Source: Spironucleus salmonicida (lineage: Eukaryota). Taken from it: a stretch of 64,000 bases of DNA. The stretch lies in assembly GCF_000497125.1 (NCBI RefSeq), contig NC_090602.1, positions 806,001-870,000 of the forward strand, read 5' to 3'. Shown piece after piece: positions 52,156 to 63,413 of this stretch. The notes under the pieces were generated by a model. It was given only the letters and a program-made list of their open reading frames with translations. It was not told the origin of the DNA and did not search any database. The first letter of the stretch is position 1, and every line of letters begins with the position of its first letter. The translations under genes were made by a program, and so were the position numbers.

Positions 52156-52389
52156 TCACTCCAGCGCCAGCCGCTCGTACACCTCCAGCGACTCCTCCGA
52201 GTCCAGCAGCGCCGCGAAGTCCAGCAGCGCCCTCTCCCGCTGCTCGCGCCCGGCCTGCCCGTCCTCCCGCTGCCGGGCCTGGACCTGCTGCTTCCCGCGC
52301 CTCTGCTCGATGCCCCCCTCGGTCGTGAGCCCCGCCGAGCCGAGCATGAGCAGCGAGGACGAGTTCTTCCGGATCTCGTTCTGGTACAT
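52156..52389 (-). CDS. 77-aa orphan protein, copy 2
   Basis: Copy of 41573-41806. Confidence 0.7.
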   Translation of the reverse strand: MYQNEIRKNSSSLLMLGSAGLTTEGGIEQRRGKQQVQARQREDGQAGREQRERALLDFAALLDSEESLEVYERLALE

Positions 52390-52491
52390 TTCGGATGGGG
52401 GTGGAGCGGAGGCTCGGGATAGATCCCCTGGCGCCATTGCGTCCGGCCCGGAGTGGGGGCGCATCGCACTGCCCTCAGAAACCGCTGAACC

Positions 52492-53388
52492 TCACTCCGC
52501 GCCCGACGGCCCCAGCAGCACGCGCATGGCCAGGACCAGCTCCTCGGCGTAGTACCGCAGGTTGTTCTGCACGTCCTGGATCTCGTTCTCGTTGTCCGCG
52601 GGCTCGACATACTCCGTGGGGCTGCAGCCGAATCTGTCGAACAGCGAGGCGTCGTCGATGAGGTCGTACACGGCCTGCTGGCGGCTGCCGTCGACGCAGA
52701 AGAAGGCGTTGGCCGTCGCCATGTCGTCGGGGATCGGAAGGTAGTGCGCGGCCGCCATGCACTTCTGGATGGCCTGCAGGTTCTGGTCCTCCGGTGCCAG
52801 GATGATGTACAGGTGGAGCGTCTCGTCCAGGATCTGCAGCAGCTCGATCTCCTGGTCCTCCGTCACGAGGCAGTCGAACACGACCTTCCCGGACACCCGG
52901 ACCTTCGCGTAGTCTTCGGGGCTCACCACGATCGAGAAGCCCACGCGCTGGCCGAATATGACCAGCTCGCCGCGCTCGTCACTGCTGGCCTGTGGCGCCG
53001 CCGGACTAGCAATCTGGATGGCCATCTTGGGCTGCCCGAGTGCTGCCCTGTTGCGCAGGAACTCGGTAATGAACTCCTCGATGTGCTGATGGGCGGCCCC
53101 GCCCTCGACGCGGCTGGGGAACAGCTCCTTGCGGTAGGTGCTCTCCGCGCCGAAGTTGAAAACGAAGGCCAGGTCGTCGAAGTGCTCCAGGGAGAACACC
53201 GTCTTCATGCTGTTGAAGACGGCCGTAAGGGCGGGGCTGGGCTTGGGGGACTTCACGACGTACCCGACCTGCTTCGACATCAGCACCAGCTGCTCGTCCA
53301 CGTAGTCGACACAGATGATGGCGGTGTTCCAGCCGAACTTGATGGCGCCGTACTCGGCCTCCGCGGCAATTACGTGCATCTGGGTCAT
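52492..53388 (-). CDS. Hypothetical 298-aa protein, copy 2
   Basis: Copy of 40574-41470 with one R/S difference. Confidence 0.75.
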   Translation of the reverse strand: MTQMHVIAAEAEYGAIKFGWNTAIICVDYVDEQLVLMSKQVGYVVKSPKPSPALTAVFNSMKTVFSLEHFDDLAFVFNFGAESTYRKELFPSRVEGGAAHQHIEEFITEFLRNRAALGQPKMAIQIASPAAPQASSDERGELVIFGQRVGFSIVVSPEDYAKVRVSGKVVFDCLVTEDQEIELLQILDETLHLYIILAPEDQNLQAIQKCMAAAHYLPIPDDMATANAFFCVDGSRQQAVYDLIDDASLFDRFGCSPTEYVEPADNENEIQDVQNNLRYYAEELVLAMRVLLGPSGAE

Positions 53389-53549
53389 TTCGGCAGGGCG
53401 CGCCTGGCGTTCTGCATATATAATACCAAGTTTCCCCGCCTTCCACTTTCCGCGATCAGATTCCCATGATTCTACCTTCTTTGTAGCAGTCCGAGTCTCC
53501 GTCGCCCCTACACCCACCAGTCTGTACAGCATGCGCCCCATCAGAGCAC

Positions 53550-53740
53550 ATATTGATATTGATATTGATATTGATATTGATATTGATATTGATATTGATA
53601 TTGATATTGATATTGATATTGATATTGATATTGATATTGATATTGATATTGATATTGATATTGATATTGATATTGATATTGATATTGATATTGATATTGA
53701 TATTGATATTGATATTGATATTGATATTGATATTGATATT
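53550..53740. repeat. (GATATT)n microsatellite, about 31 units
   Basis: Perfect hexamer run; about 6-7 units at the paralogous site 40367-40407. Confidence 0.98.
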
Positions 53741-53873
53741 CTTATTAATATTAATATACCTACACATATATATTATTTCGAACCCTCCCTCCCCCTCCCC
53801 CATTCCATTACACACATACCAACACTTATATATCCTATATATGACTATTTTTCACCACTCCACATTTCCAAAA

Positions 53874-55415
53874 ATGCAGCTGCACCCGCTCGAAACCGCG
53901 CCCCCGGCTACATCCCTGCAGCTCCCGGACTACTTCCCGACCTCCGCAGCGCACGCCCACCCCGGTTTTTCAACGCTGGCAGCGCACCAGCCGCGGCCTC
54001 TGACGTACGTCGCGCCGGCGCAGATTTTCGTCGGCGACCGCCAGGTGCGGCCCTACCGCGTGCGCGCGTACGACGAGGCCGAAATAGCGAAATTCCAGCG
54101 CCGGAACGCCGAGAACAACCTAAAATACGTCGCGCAGGCGCAGGCTCTGCTGACGATGGAGCGCAGCCAGCAGCGCGCCCCGGAGGTCGTGCAGCAGCAG
54201 GTCGGGCGCGCGCCCTGCGCGCCCTTCGACTACCAGACCTCCACGCGGCAGATCGTGGAGGAGCTGCAGATGGACCAGTTCCAGCCGCGTTTCGGGCACG
54301 TCAGCGGCCAAATCGGCGTCGCGACAGTCGCCGGAAACGACAAAATCAGCACGCAGGAAATTGCGTTTTTCGAGCCCAAAATTCAGGACGTCATGCGGGA
54401 CGAAATAATGCAAAATCTCTACAGGGGCACTTTGCAGAAGCAGCTGGATGCGCAAATGCAGCAGAATGGAAATTTTGCGAGTTATCAGTAAAATAACGTA
54501 TAATAATAGGCTTTTAATGGGTGGAATTAGCAGCCGACTGGAAATGGGAATTGGCAGCAATTTGGATAGCAAAATTAATATGGTGCTGGAAACCAGATTC
54601 CGGCGTTTAATTACGGGCAGAATTAGCAGAATTAGCAGGGTAGCAATGCGGTGCAATATAGCTAGTTGTAGTAGCGACAAAATTAGAGCTAATAGCCGTA
54701 AATTTAGCAAAATTAGGCTCCTTTGGCACCTCCAATTAGTAATAATGTTGCGAATACCTCTATAGAGTTGGATGTTGATTTCTCAGAAATTGCTTTGAAT
54801 GAAGATAAAATTAATAAGCATATTGAGTTCAACAAGCAGGCCGCGCGATAGATCGAGGAAATCGATAATATGGTATCTGATGCTAAGAAAATTAATGCTT
54901 TCAGTCAAAATAACAGGTCAAAAGACGCTGATTTAGCTCTAGAACATAATTTCTCTATGATATCAAGTGGAATAGACGAGTAGAATGTCTAGAAAAAGCC
55001 AAAAAATTCAACTATGTCCTAAATTGACGATTCTCTAAGTGAGTTTAATATTGACAAAATAGTCGCAAAAGTACCACAAAAGCGTCCTGATAGTGTTGTA
55101 AGGATACCAAAATAAAGTTCATAAGATGTTATAAAAGGTTTATTAAATGGAGATGAAACTCTAGATTCTACGTTAGACATTTCAATAGAAGCGCCTAAAC
55201 CTAAACTTCCTAAAAAATAAATTAAAAAATCGCCAGTTAAAGTTGCTAAAAAAGTTGCCAAGGTCGCAAAACCTATGAAAAAATAAATAATTGAGAGCTC
55301 AGAGGATGATAGCTTCTTGTAGTAGATTATGAAAAAGGACCATCATAAGGCTGCAAAACGTGCAATAGAAAGTAGCGATGATTTAGGCTTAGGATTTAGT
55401 GATTCTGATTTTTGA
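53874..55415 (+). CDS. Hypothetical 513-aa protein with Q/N-rich middle and Lys/acidic tail
   Basis: CCACTCC leader; continues past 54491 with TAA=Gln to ...LGLGFSDSDF. Confidence 0.75.
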
Positions 55416-55810
55416 TCGGATACATTATGAGTGATGAATTTTTTGTTAAGTATGGAAATTTATTTAACAAGATAAATATTTAAATTAGAGACTAAGACCA
55501 AACTTTATAAAACTACATTTTCACTACAAAGATTTAAATAGGTAGTAACATGATAAACGGAATTTATTTATAAAAACAAAAATTCTCAAATAAGATTAAC
55601 GATAAGATTTTGATAAAAGATAATGAATAGTGTATTAATAAATTTAAATATATAATTTTAAATTGCTCATGCTGAAAATTAAGCACTTATTGATACGGTT
55701 AGATAAAGATTATTAAATTTATAAATAATATTCTGTTAAAACTCGTAGTAATTTAACTAATAGCATATTGATATCATAACACTAAGCAAAATGGATAGAA
55801 TATAGAAATA

Positions 55811-56215
55811 TCACTTACAATCTTTTAATTATTAAATTTAGCTATGAACTTCAACCAGTTTTAGAAATGAATGAAAAGTTTTTTGATTTGGTGTCCAAAA
55901 CTTGAACACTTAAAGCGGAATGCATCCATTTTTAAATGTTACGTTACTCTATAGTGAAATATATAACTTACGAAGTTATGTCAAATTTTAGAGATCAAGT
56001 TCCAAATTGCAGTTTGTCGCATCTATTCTTTACACTGATGGTGGAATAAATGAGTCCTCCAGCCTTATTTTAGTATTTTCTGCTAGGTTGAGTTCAATAA
56101 GGTTATTTAAACCATGAAGAGATATTTACTATAATGAATCTCCACATAAAGCAAGTAATACTGTATCTTTTTTCAGCTCTAAAGGAGTGCTATTATTGGA
56201 ATGATCAATAGACAT
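55811..56215 (-). CDS. Small LRR-like protein (134 aa; start uncertain)
   Basis: GCACTTT leader; LHGLNNLIELNLAEN, VQRIDATNCNL, LQNLTQLRKLYI; ends AAGTGA. Confidence 0.6.
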
Positions 56216-56757
56216 TTTAAAGTGCTTTTATTAATATTATGAATAGTTATGTATAAAATATGTATGTCTCAATTATCCTTACCTATAAAAAATATAACTA
56301 AACTAGGAAAGATACTAGATATTATTTGAAAATACATACTAGCCACTTATCTTATTTTAATATTATTTCTGGTTGTAAGCTTGATTTAGGTTGATACAAT
56401 AAAACAATATCAACAATCGATTTGATTAATTTATTAGATGCATATTATTGTGCTTTTAAATTTTATTACTTAATTTTAAATATTTTATTGCATAAACTAA
56501 TAATTATTGAAGTAGTTGAATTTCTTAAACTTAAAAAATAATTACATTATCTACTGAAGCAGGTTGGTATAAAAATTGTAGCATTAAAATCAGTGGCTAA
56601 ATATATATCCTTGAAATTACTTTAATGAAAATTTAATTACTCAAAGCATAATCTATGAATATCAATATTGCTAAATAATCTGTTAGTTTACTTTGTTTCA
56701 GTTCGCATTATTTTTATGATTTAGTACTATTTTTAATACATATAATTATTTTGGCAT

Positions 56758-56829
56758 GCGGTTATAGTATAGTGGTAAGTATTTGCGCTTGTCACGTGCG
56801 AGACCCGGGTTCAATTCCCGGTAACCGCG
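56758..56829 (+). tRNA. tRNA-Asp(GTC)
   Basis: Identical 72-mer. Confidence 0.97.
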
Positions 56830-56909
56830 CATTTTGGCATTTCCAGTGGCAGCGCGCACTTACTGGGCGGAGGGGCACCTACTCCCCACCAGGCACCGGA
56901 CGCCGCCGC

Positions 56910-57143
56910 TCACTCCAGCGCCAGCCGCTCGTACACCTCCAGCGACTCCTCCGAGTCCAGCAGCGCCGCGAAGTCCAGCAGCGCCCTCTCCCGCTGCTCG
57001 CGCCCGGCCTGCCCGTCCTCCCGCTGCCGGGCCTGGACCTGCTGCTTCCCGCGCCTCTGCTCGATGCCCCCCTCGGTCGTGAGCCCCGCCGAGCCGAGCA
57101 TGAGCAGCGAGGACGAGTTCTTCCGGATCTCGTTCTGGTACAT
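56910..57143 (-). CDS. 77-aa orphan protein, copy 3
   Basis: Copy of 41573-41806. Confidence 0.7.
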   Translation of the reverse strand: MYQNEIRKNSSSLLMLGSAGLTTEGGIEQRRGKQQVQARQREDGQAGREQRERALLDFAALLDSEESLEVYERLALE

Positions 57144-57460
57144 TTCGGATGGGGGTGGAGCGGAGGCTCGGGATAGATCCCCTGGCGCCATTGCGTCCGG
57201 CCCGGAGTGGGGGCGCATCGCACTGCCCTCAGAAACCGCTGAACCTCACTCCGCGCCCGACGGCCCCAGCAGCACGCGCATGGCCAGGACCAGACGGTTA
57301 TCACGTATGGTGACTTCGATGGGCGTTGACGTGCAACGGCTGGCTCAGTTTCCGACTCCCAGGACGTACATTTCATTGGCTGGCAAAAGGTGTGCATGCA
57401 ACATAGCTCGCACAGGAGTGTTGTAGAGTATTTACTCAACCCACCAGCACTCCAGCTCAC

Positions 57461-57772
57461 TCACTCGCACGTACCTTTCTCCCCCTCTTGGCATGTCGCC
57501 TCGCTGGAGAGGTTGAACACCTAGCTCACATTAATTTGGATCGCAAGGTCGGTGCGCTTAACGGGAGGTCTGCACGGCGGCGCTTTCCTCGGGGTGAGCT
57601 GCGTGGCTGTCTCCGCGGGATCGTCCAGGATCCACTGCTTGAGCTAGTGCTTCCAGCGGATGCGCTTGATGGCCTTTTGGGCAAAAATACTCGTTGGGGC
57701 GAATTCGTTGTACTTGGGAGTCTGCGGCTCGGTGGTGGTGGGCGTTTTCTCGGCAGCCAGGTCTGCCCCCAT
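57461..57772 (-). CDS. Hypothetical 103-aa protein starting Met-Gly (MGADLAAEK...)
   Basis: Open with TAG=Gln, ends GAGTGA; mirrored at 62399-62710. Confidence 0.55.
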
Positions 57773-58403
57773 TTTACCAATTGCAATAGTCAGCGAATAT
57801 CGATAACAATCAGTTACTAAATTTAAGAGCAGGGCCATTTAGCGAATATGCGTATATAAGTTCGCCAGAGTGTAACTGGAGGGAGAATAAATATGGTAGC
57901 AACTTACGGTGAGGTAGAACAATCCACATTCCGGGTATTGTATACTGGCGGAGGAATGCAGTTCCGCTGCGCCTACAGCACCTACGCGCAAAGGTAGCTA
58001 GATGGCCTTCAGTGCGAGCTGGCGCGGACGTGCGATCGCCCCAGGCCGCATTTTCGGAGTGGGCGGCAAAGCGAGCCACGGCTGCACTGGGTAGCTGGTT
58101 TGCGCAGTGTGGGTGGACCATAAGGCGTGTGATGCCGAGGTCCACTGGGGGCTGTGGGACAATTTAGTAGCCGTGCGGCCTCCCCGTGCAAAATAGGTGC
58201 AGGAGAATCTGCAGGTGCGAGTATGGAACAAAACGCCATGCCACCTTTCTGGGACATACGGGCCGGGCGAGTTTCGGCTTAGAGTGTGGCTGTGCCTAAA
58301 ACACTAGGCATATCACCTAGGAAAGTAGCAGCCTCATTTTGCACGTACAGAAATCTCCCACCCCAAACCTTCTAGTTTCCATAAATAGCCACACCTTAAA
58401 ATG

Positions 58404-58475
58404 CGCGGTTACCGGGAATTGAACCCGGGTCTCGCACGTGACAAGCGCAAATACTTACCACTATACTATAACCGC
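58404..58475 (-). tRNA. tRNA-Asp(GTC)
   Basis: Identical 72-mer with different flanks. Confidence 0.97.
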
Positions 58476-59134
58476 ATATTAATATAAATCTGCATTTATA
58501 CCAAATTTATTAATGGAAATAAGGGGATACATATCAGAATTTAGTTATATGTTAGATATTTAATATATATGACTATAATTATAATTATTTAACATACTTT
58601 AGGTTATCAATATAATTAACACTCTATTTATTACTAACTCTACTATACTTATGAGAATTGTAAAAATATATAACTTTACAGAATCTTACGAAATGTTTTT
58701 AATGTAAGTTTTATTTTATAGATAGGTACCTAATTAATCGAATTTCTCAAATTTAGTATGGTAATCTACATTTACCAAAGATTTGAATATACAACTGATA
58801 AAAATTAGAAATAGTAATATATAAAGGAGTATAGCAGAAATTTATATTAATTTCGTAAGAATTTATACAGCATGAGATGTTCATCTTCTCTTGACATTCT
58901 CTTAGCTATGTATATTATTCTATGATTATTTATTTATCATAAAACTGAATTATAAGTTATATATTATATTACCAATAAATATGATTCTCTTATAAATATT
59001 TATAAATTTTCACTATTATATGCGAATGAATATATATTTAGTGTACCTAAAGTTTAAAGACAAAAACATGGCTAGAACGCGAGAAATCTAGATTTTCTAA
59101 TTCAATTTGGATTCTTAACTCCACTCCTTGTCGC

Positions 59135-59569
59135 ATGAAGAAAGTTAATTATGATCAGACAAACCTTCCTAAAGCTGATGCTCAAGGTAATACCTTTGGT
59201 ATCTGCCATATCTTTGCTGCTAAGAATGATACTTTCATCCACGTTACTGATATCACTGGTGCTGAGACTATCGCTCGCGTCTCTGGTGGTTAGATGGTTA
59301 AACGTCATTAGGATGAGCCCTCTCCATATGCCGCCATGTAAGCTACCCAGAAGCTTGTTGAAGTACTTCGCGCTCGTCAAATCTCCTCACTCCATATCCG
59401 CATTCGTGCTAATGGTGGTGTTGGCAGAAGAAATTATGGTCAGGGTGGTTCTTCCACCATCCGTACCTTAGTTCGTAACAATTTCAAGATTGGTAGAATT
59501 GAAGACGTAACCCCAATTCCCTCTGACAGAACCCGTCACAAAGGTGGTAGAAGAGGTAGAAGACTCTGA
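59135..59569 (+). CDS. RPS14: 40S ribosomal protein uS11 (S14), copy 1
   Basis: [61 protein letters not shown]. Confidence 0.97.
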
Positions 59570-59916
59570 GTTTATTAATTTTATATACGAACTTTTCAGT
59601 TTATATGAAGCTTAAAAATGAATTTACCGTAAGATGCTGGCATTTAAGTTGAAAGCTTAGCATAACTCCGCTACATTTCTTATGAAGATGGAACGATGTT
59701 CTTGTTACCTTAAAAAAAAATAATTCCAAGTTGGCAGGCGTGATTAAATTTCAAATATTGAATTTCAAATTAAATTACTAACAAGTTTATCACTCAACAC
59801 CAACAAACTGGTCGCTATATTATAATAACATGGCTAAGGAAGTGAATTGTTAACGATACGTATAATATAATAAATATTTATTCTGTATTTCTTTCCTGTT
59901 AATTTCCATTCCTAAT

Positions 59917-60381
59917 ATGTCTGCATAAGTAATTGATCTTAATTCACTACCAGAAGATGCAAAAGTTTCTAATGATCAAAAAATTGAAGAAGATTGGGCT
60001 GAATATGCTTTTAAATTTGCTGAAACTTTTGAGATGTTATTAAAATCTATAAAAACAAAATAAGGCCTCAAGTAATTTAAGTTTACACCACAGGATGATC
60101 TTATTTATACTGGTTTTAGAAAATCTTTTCCTAACCTTAGTGTATAACCACTTGATGTTAAAACGATGAAAGATAAAGCTCATCAATTATAATGGTATTA
60201 ATTATTAGAAGCATATAAAACAGTAGTCACTGATTACAACCATGGTAGTATTGTAAGAGTTAACTCTATGTAAAATCTTGGACCTGAAAATGGAATTATT
60301 GTTCCTAGAATATAGTTTTATATGATAGAACTTGCAAGATGTAGAGAAGGATGTAACGACCAGTTTGTTGGTGTTGAGTGA
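59917..60381 (+). CDS. PBDC1: PBDC1/YPL225W-like protein (154 aa)
   Basis: IEEDWA, KFTPQDDLIYTGFRKSFP, DYNHGSIVR, ENGIIVPRIQFYMIELARCREGCN; ends GAGTGA. Confidence 0.85.
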
Positions 60382-60601
60382 TAAACTTGTTAGTAATTTA
60401 ATTTGAAATTCAATATTTGAAATTTAATCACGCCTGCCAACTTGGAATTATTTTTTTTTAAGGTAACAAGAACATCGTTCCATCTTCATAAGAAATGTAG
60501 CGGAGTTATGCTAAGCTTTCAACTTAAATGCCAGCATCTTACGGTAAATTCATTTTTAAGCTTCATATAAACTGAAAAGTTCGTATATAAAATTAATAAA
60601 C

Positions 60602-61036
60602 TCAGAGTCTTCTACCTCTTCTACCACCTTTGTGACGGGTTCTGTCAGAGGGAATTGGGGTTACGTCTTCAATTCTACCAATCTTGAAATTGTTACGAAC
60701 TAAGGTACGGATGGTGGAAGAACCACCCTGACCATAATTTCTTCTGCCAACACCACCATTAGCACGAATGCGGATATGGAGTGAGGAGATTTGACGAGCG
60801 CGAAGTACTTCAACAAGCTTCTGGGTAGCTTACATGGCGGCATATGGAGAGGGCTCATCCTAATGACGTTTAACCATCTAACCACCAGAGACGCGAGCGA
60901 TAGTCTCAGCACCAGTGATATCAGTAACGTGGATGAAAGTATCATTCTTAGCAGCAAAGATATGGCAGATACCAAAGGTATTACCTTGAGCATCAGCTTT
61001 AGGAAGGTTTGTCTGATCATAATTAACTTTCTTCAT
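60602..61036 (-). CDS. RPS14: 40S ribosomal protein uS11 (S14), copy 2
   Basis: Mirror of 59135-59569. Confidence 0.97.
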
Positions 61037-61695
61037 GCGACAAGGAGTGGAGTTAAGAATCCAAATTGAATTAGAAAATCTAGATTTCTCGCGTTCTAGC
61101 CATGTTTTTGTCTTTAAACTTTAGGTACACTAAATATATATTCATTCGCATATAATAGTGAAAATTTATAAATATTTATAAGAGAATCATATTTATTGGT
61201 AATATAATATATAACTTATAATTCAGTTTTATGATAAATAAATAATCATAGAATAATATACATAGCTAAGAGAATGTCAAGAGAAGATGAACATCTCATG
61301 CTGTATAAATTCTTACGAAATTAATATAAATTTCTGCTATACTCCTTTATATATTACTATTTCTAATTTTTATCAGTTGTATATTCAAATCTTTGGTAAA
61401 TGTAGATTACCATACTAAATTTGAGAAATTCGATTAATTAGGTACCTATCTATAAAATAAAACTTACATTAAAAACATTTCGTAAGATTCTGTAAAGTTA
61501 TATATTTTTACAATTCTCATAAGTATAGTAGAGTTAGTAATAAATAGAGTGTTAATTATATTGATAACCTAAAGTATGTTAAATAATTATAATTATAGTC
61601 ATATATATTAAATATCTAACATATAACTAAATTCTGATATGTATCCCCTTATTTCCATTAATAAATTTGGTATAAATGCAGATTTATATTAATAT

Positions 61696-61767
61696 GCGGT
61701 TATAGTATAGTGGTAAGTATTTGCGCTTGTCACGTGCGAGACCCGGGTTCAATTCCCGGTAACCGCG
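61696..61767 (+). tRNA. tRNA-Asp(GTC)
   Basis: Mirror of 58404-58475. Confidence 0.97.
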
Positions 61768-62398
61768 CATTTTAAGGTGTGGCTATTTATGGAAACTAGA
61801 AGGTTTGGGGTGGGAGATTTCTGTACGTGCAAAATGAGGCTGCTACTTTCCTAGGTGATATGCCTAGTGTTTTAGGCACAGCCACACTCTAAGCCGAAAC
61901 TCGCCCGGCCCGTATGTCCCAGAAAGGTGGCATGGCGTTTTGTTCCATACTCGCACCTGCAGATTCTCCTGCACCTATTTTGCACGGGGAGGCCGCACGG
62001 CTACTAAATTGTCCCACAGCCCCCAGTGGACCTCGGCATCACACGCCTTATGGTCCACCCACACTGCGCAAACCAGCTACCCAGTGCAGCCGTGGCTCGC
62101 TTTGCCGCCCACTCCGAAAATGCGGCCTGGGGCGATCGCACGTCCGCGCCAGCTCGCACTGAAGGCCATCTAGCTACCTTTGCGCGTAGGTGCTGTAGGC
62201 GCAGCGGAACTGCATTCCTCCGCCAGTATACAATACCCGGAATGTGGATTGTTCTACCTCACCGTAAGTTGCTACCATATTTATTCTCCCTCCAGTTACA
62301 CTCTGGCGAACTTATATACGCATATTCGCTAAATGGCCCTGCTCTTAAATTTAGTAACTGATTGTTATCGATATTCGCTGACTATTGCAATTGGTAAA

Positions 62399-62710
62399 AT
62401 GGGGGCAGACCTGGCTGCCGAGAAAACGCCCACCACCACCGAGCCGCAGACTCCCAAGTACAACGAATTCGCCCCAACGAGTATTTTTGCCCAAAAGGCC
62501 ATCAAGCGCATCCGCTGGAAGCACTAGCTCAAGCAGTGGATCCTGGACGATCCCGCGGAGACAGCCACGCAGCTCACCCCGAGGAAAGCGCCGCCGTGCA
62601 GACCTCCCGTTAAGCACACCGACCTTGCGATCCAAATTAATGTGAGCTAGGTGTTCAACCTCTCCAGCGAGGCGACATGCCAAGAGGGGGAGAAAGGTAC
62701 GTGCGAGTGA
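62399..62710 (+). CDS. Hypothetical 103-aa protein, mirror copy
   Basis: Mirror of 57461-57772. Confidence 0.55.
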
Positions 62711-63027
62711 GTGAGCTGGAGTGCTGGTGGGTTGAGTAAATACTCTACAACACTCCTGTGCGAGCTATGTTGCATGCACACCTTTTGCCAGCCAATGAAA
62801 TGTACGTCCTGGGAGTCGGAAACTGAGCCAGCCGTTGCACGTCAACGCCCATCGAAGTCACCATACGTGATAACCGTCTGGTCCTGGCCATGCGCGTGCT
62901 GCTGGGGCCGTCGGGCGCGGAGTGAGGTTCAGCGGTTTCTGAGGGCAGTGCGATGCGCCCCCACTCCGGGCCGGACGCAATGGCGCCAGGGGATCTATCC
63001 CGAGCCTCCGCTCCACCCCCATCCGAA

Positions 63028-63261
63028 ATGTACCAGAACGAGATCCGGAAGAACTCGTCCTCGCTGCTCATGCTCGGCTCGGCGGGGCTCACGACCGAGG
63101 GGGGCATCGAGCAGAGGCGCGGGAAGCAGCAGGCCCAGGTCCGGCAGCGGGAGGACGGGCAGGCCGGGCGCGAGCAGCGGGAGAGGGCGCTGCTGGACTT
63201 CGCGGCGCTGCTGGACTCGGAGGAGTCGCTGGAGGTGTACGAGCGGCTGGCGCTGGAGTGA
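63028..63261 (+). CDS. 77-aa orphan protein, copy 4
   Basis: Copy with QQAQVR in place of QQVQAR. Confidence 0.7.
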   Translation: MYQNEIRKNSSSLLMLGSAGLTTEGGIEQRRGKQQAQVRQREDGQAGREQRERALLDFAALLDSEESLEVYERLALE

Positions 63262-63341
63262 GCGGCGGCGCCCGGTGCCTGGTGGGGAGTAGGTGCCCCT
63301 CCGCCCAGTAAGTGCGCGCTGCCACTGGACATGCCAAAATG

Positions 63342-63413
63342 CGCGGTTACCGGGAATTGAACCCGGGTCTCGCACGTGACAAGCGCAAATACTTACCACT
63401 ATACTATAACCGC
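63342..63413 (-). tRNA. tRNA-Asp(GTC)
   Basis: Mirror of 56758-56829. Confidence 0.97.

Larger units (their letters stand above)
50724..53863. repeat. Inverted duplication arm D2
   Basis: Reverse complement of 40232-43242. Confidence 0.95.
56171..59814. repeat. Palindrome left arm E1 (partner 60357 to beyond 64000)
   Basis: Paired coordinates sum to 120171 throughout; 542-bp unique spacer. Confidence 0.97.

Noticed and set aside
53315-54496. Poly-(ID), poly-(IL) and poly-(IN) proteins in the ORF track
   Set aside because: Read-through of the GATATT microsatellite; better starts lie at 53874 and 53388.
56750-58475. Transposon or SINE call for the tRNA-bounded island
   Set aside because: No transposase or reverse transcriptase, poly(A) tail or target-site duplication; the tRNAs are intact.
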